A stretch of DNA of 37,679 bases. Origin: Ruminococcus sp. Its GTDB lineage: Bacteria; Bacillota; Clostridia; Oscillospirales; Ruminococcaceae. Under the pieces are notes generated by a model. It was not told where the DNA came from. It did no database searches and worked only from the letters and a program-made list of their open reading frames with translations. The DNA lies in assembly GCA_023667745.1 (NCBI GenBank), contig JAMOZU010000001.1, forward strand, positions 1 through 37,679, in the 5' to 3' direction. The position numbers and the translations under genes are program-made. Below are positions 35,611 to 37,679 of the stretch, in pieces; the first letter of the stretch is position 1, and each line of letters opens with the position of its first letter.

Positions 35611-36621
35611 ATGTCAATAGCCATGCCTTCTGCAAATATGGGTTCTGTCTATGTCATTCCCTACCAATGGGAAGATGTGGGCAATGGGCTTAGAAAGCTG
35701 ACAAGCGGCTTGACAAAGGAACAGATAGAAAGTGCGGTCAGCCTTAAAGTTACTTACGAGGAGGCTCTGAAAGCACGGGAAGCCGAAGATATTGCGGCTC
35801 AAAGCGAATCTTATCCCAGAATCGATGTGGCGGACATCAGCTGTTCCGTGACCGCCCCCCAATACTCCAAGAGCTAGGTCGAGACAAGAACCGAAAAGAA
35901 GAGACGGGAGGCTGTCGAGTATTTCAACACCTGCTTTGACTTTACCAATTCCGGGGACTTTTACGCCCTTACCAAAGCGGAGGACTTTACCGGAATGACC
36001 AAGGCGGAGATGTACGCCGCCATTCTGAAAAAATATCAGCACTGCTACGGCGAGGATTTTCTTCTGGGCAACGCCGCAGACACCTGGTATATCCCCCCTT
36101 CCATTGATGTTTACAAGCCTGTTATCGACAGGTTCAACAGCGAGGTGGAAAGAGTGTGCGGCAAGGGTACGGCGGCGGAAAAAGCCCGCAGGGAAGCCCT
36201 TTACTCCGACTGCGAGACAGCGGAAGAGGTAAGAGCCGCCATTATCGAAAAATACATGAAAGACAGCGAGGACGGGAGGCTCACTCACCGTAATTATTTC
36301 AAGATGACCTATGAAATGGACCTTTGCGGCGTTGGGGGCGGCATAAGCAAGAGCCTGAGAAGCACCGACTATGTACCCGATAACATCTTTGAATTTTTTA
36401 AGAACAACCCCAGAGAAGACAACAGCTCGGCGAAATATCTCGACTCCTATGTGACCCAATCGGACGTCCGGGACTTTTTCAACAGCTACCGTGCCGTGGA
36501 GCAGTATTCCTTTGACACAAGCGAGTATTTCCCCGCTCTCAATCAGATAATCTCGGCAATAACCCCAGACAAAAACTCCGACCTGAAGAGCCAAATCGAC
36601 AGCCTGCTTTTCAACAGCTGA
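35611..36621 (+). pseudogene. 336-codon hypothetical gene interrupted by one in-frame TAG (35875-35877)
   Basis: 35611-35877 and 35995-36621 are in the same frame and the 39 codons between them are open; strong RBS aaaggagg at the first start. Confidence 0.6.
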
Positions 36622-36663
36622 CATACGGGGAGAGGTATGCTTTAATACGGTTTAAACCAAATG

Positions 36664-36696
36664 AAACGGCGGCTTGATTTTTCGAGCCGCCGTTTT
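36664..36696 (+). terminator. Intrinsic terminator
   Basis: aaacggcggcttg ... cgagccgccgtttt. Confidence 0.75.
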
Positions 36697-36715
36697 ATAA
36701 AAAACTTTATACATC

Positions 36716-36837
36716 TGCGGTTTTCCCCGCCGTCAAACTGGACAGCTTTCATAAACATGCGGTTTTCCCCGCCGTCAAACTGGACAGCTTGCATAAAAAC
36801 CCGGTTCTCCCCCCGCCGTCAGGCGGGGGGAGAACCG
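36716..36837 (+). repeat. 42-bp tandem duplication plus related hairpin
   Basis: tgcggttttccccgccgtcaaactggacagctt.cataaa at 36716 and 36758; cggttctccccccgcc gtca ggcggggggagaaccg at 36802. Confidence 0.85.
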
Positions 36838-36861
36838 CAATAAAACATAATAAAATTTCTC

Positions 36862-36890
36862 TTGCATTTTTAAGCGGACTGTGATATAAT
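36862..36890 (+). promoter_or_regulatory. sigmaA promoter of rpn-like gene
   Basis: TTGCAT-17 nt-TATAAT with TG. Confidence 0.75.
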
Positions 36891-36924
36891 ATAAATATAA
36901 CCACACGGACGGGAGGAACGGCTT

Positions 36925-37679
36925 ATGCCAAGGGAAATACTTACAGCAAAGCTGGACTATGTTTTCAAGAAATTCTTTGTGGATAATCAGGAACTGCTGC
37001 GCCCTTTTGTGTCGAGTATGCTGGGTATTCCCGAGGGGAGCATAACGGGGCTGCAAATTCTCAACCCGGAGATACCCCCGGATATGATAGATGGGAAGTT
37101 CAGCCGGCTTGACCTTGTTATGAACATGGACGAGAGGCTTGTAAACGTGGAGATACAGATAAAGGACGAGAAAGATTTCCGGGACAGGTCGCTTCTTTAC
37201 TGGTCAAGACTGTATGATTCCGGACTTAAGCGGGGCGGCAACTACAGCGAGCTTAAGCCCGCAGTAACGCTCAACATCATAGATTTTGTCATGTTCCCCG
37301 GCGACAGGCTTTTCTGCCATGAGGTAAACCCCATTGTCAAAGAGACCGGGGAAACGTTCAGCGAGAAAATGCAGATGTTCTTTTTTGAGCTGAGGAAAAT
37401 AAGCAAAACGCCCAACCCGAACAACAGCCGGGAACTCTGGCTGCAATTTATAAACGCCGACAGTAAGGAGGAATTTGAGATGTTAAGAGCAACCAACGAC
37501 CCTGTTATGGAGAAAGCCGTAACTACAATATACACCATGAGCGAAGACGACCGTATAAGAGAAAACGCCCGCATGAGGGAGAAAATGGCGTTTGATGAGG
37601 CATCGGCGTTGTTTAATGCGGAGCAAAAGGGGATAGAAAAGGGGATAGAAAAGGGGATAGAAGAAATGATCAAAGGCAT
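36925..37679 (+). CDS. Rpn family (PD-(D/E)XK) nuclease / putative transposase, truncated by window end; absent from the ORF track
   Basis: Manual translation: MPREILTAKLDYVFKKFF...KFSRLDL...VNVEIQ...DRSLLYWSRLY...FFELRK...WLQFI...KGIEKGIEKGIEE; RBS ggagg. Confidence 0.92.
   Translation, partial: MPREILTAKLDYVFKKFFVDNQELLRPFVSSMLGIPEGSITGLQILNPEIPPDMIDGKFSRLDLVMNMDERLVNVEIQIKDEKDFRDRSLLYWSRLYDSGLKRGGNYSELKPAVTLNIIDFVMFPGDRLFCHEVNPIVKETGETFSEKMQMFFFELRKISKTPNPNNSRELWLQFINADSKEEFEMLRATNDPVMEKAVTTIYTMSEDDRIRENARMREKMAFDEASALFNAEQKGIEKGIEKGIEEMIKG

Noticed and set aside
35614-36624. 336-aa minus-strand ORF
   Set aside because: Mirrors the + strand gene codon for codon, no RBS; + strand has RBS and terminator
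36716-36837. Possible CRISPR array (cggttttccccgc resembles type I-E repeats)
   Set aside because: Intervening sequences are near identical rather than unique spacers, period is 42 bp, no cas genes in window
37242-37679. 145-aa minus-strand ORF
   Set aside because: Antisense to the Rpn-family gene, which the track missed because its stop is outside the window

Overview
Chromosomal window from a Firmicute, most likely a Clostridia/Oscillospiraceae-like gut organism (inferred from gene content and sigmaA promoter/RBS style). In order: the distal trp operon (trpC-trpF-cupin-trpB-trpA-chorismate mutase); a RelE/ParE-type toxin flanked by two paralogous antitoxin-like genes; nitroreductase, PASTA protein and fucU-sugar kinase genes; three paralogous sortase-type surface proteins; a cdaA-cdaR c-di-AMP locus; an MCP; an LCP protein; GH2 and GH3 hydrolases; a cell-wall-binding protein; a REC-HD-GYP protein; prmC; two ECF sigma loci; a gene split by an in-frame TAG; and an Rpn-family nuclease running off the right end. 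No rRNA, tRNA, CRISPR array or intact IS was seen. The most unusual items are: (1) a CdaA with two tandem DAC domains, the second lacking the catalytic DGA motif; (2) a ~350-bp multi-hairpin intergenic element present five times, always on the + strand, with compensatory base changes between copies; (3) the antitoxin-toxin-antitoxin arrangement behind two perfect tandem promoters; (4) an in-frame internal start with a perfect RBS inside the Rpn gene. All product calls are from motif recognition by eye; no database search was run.
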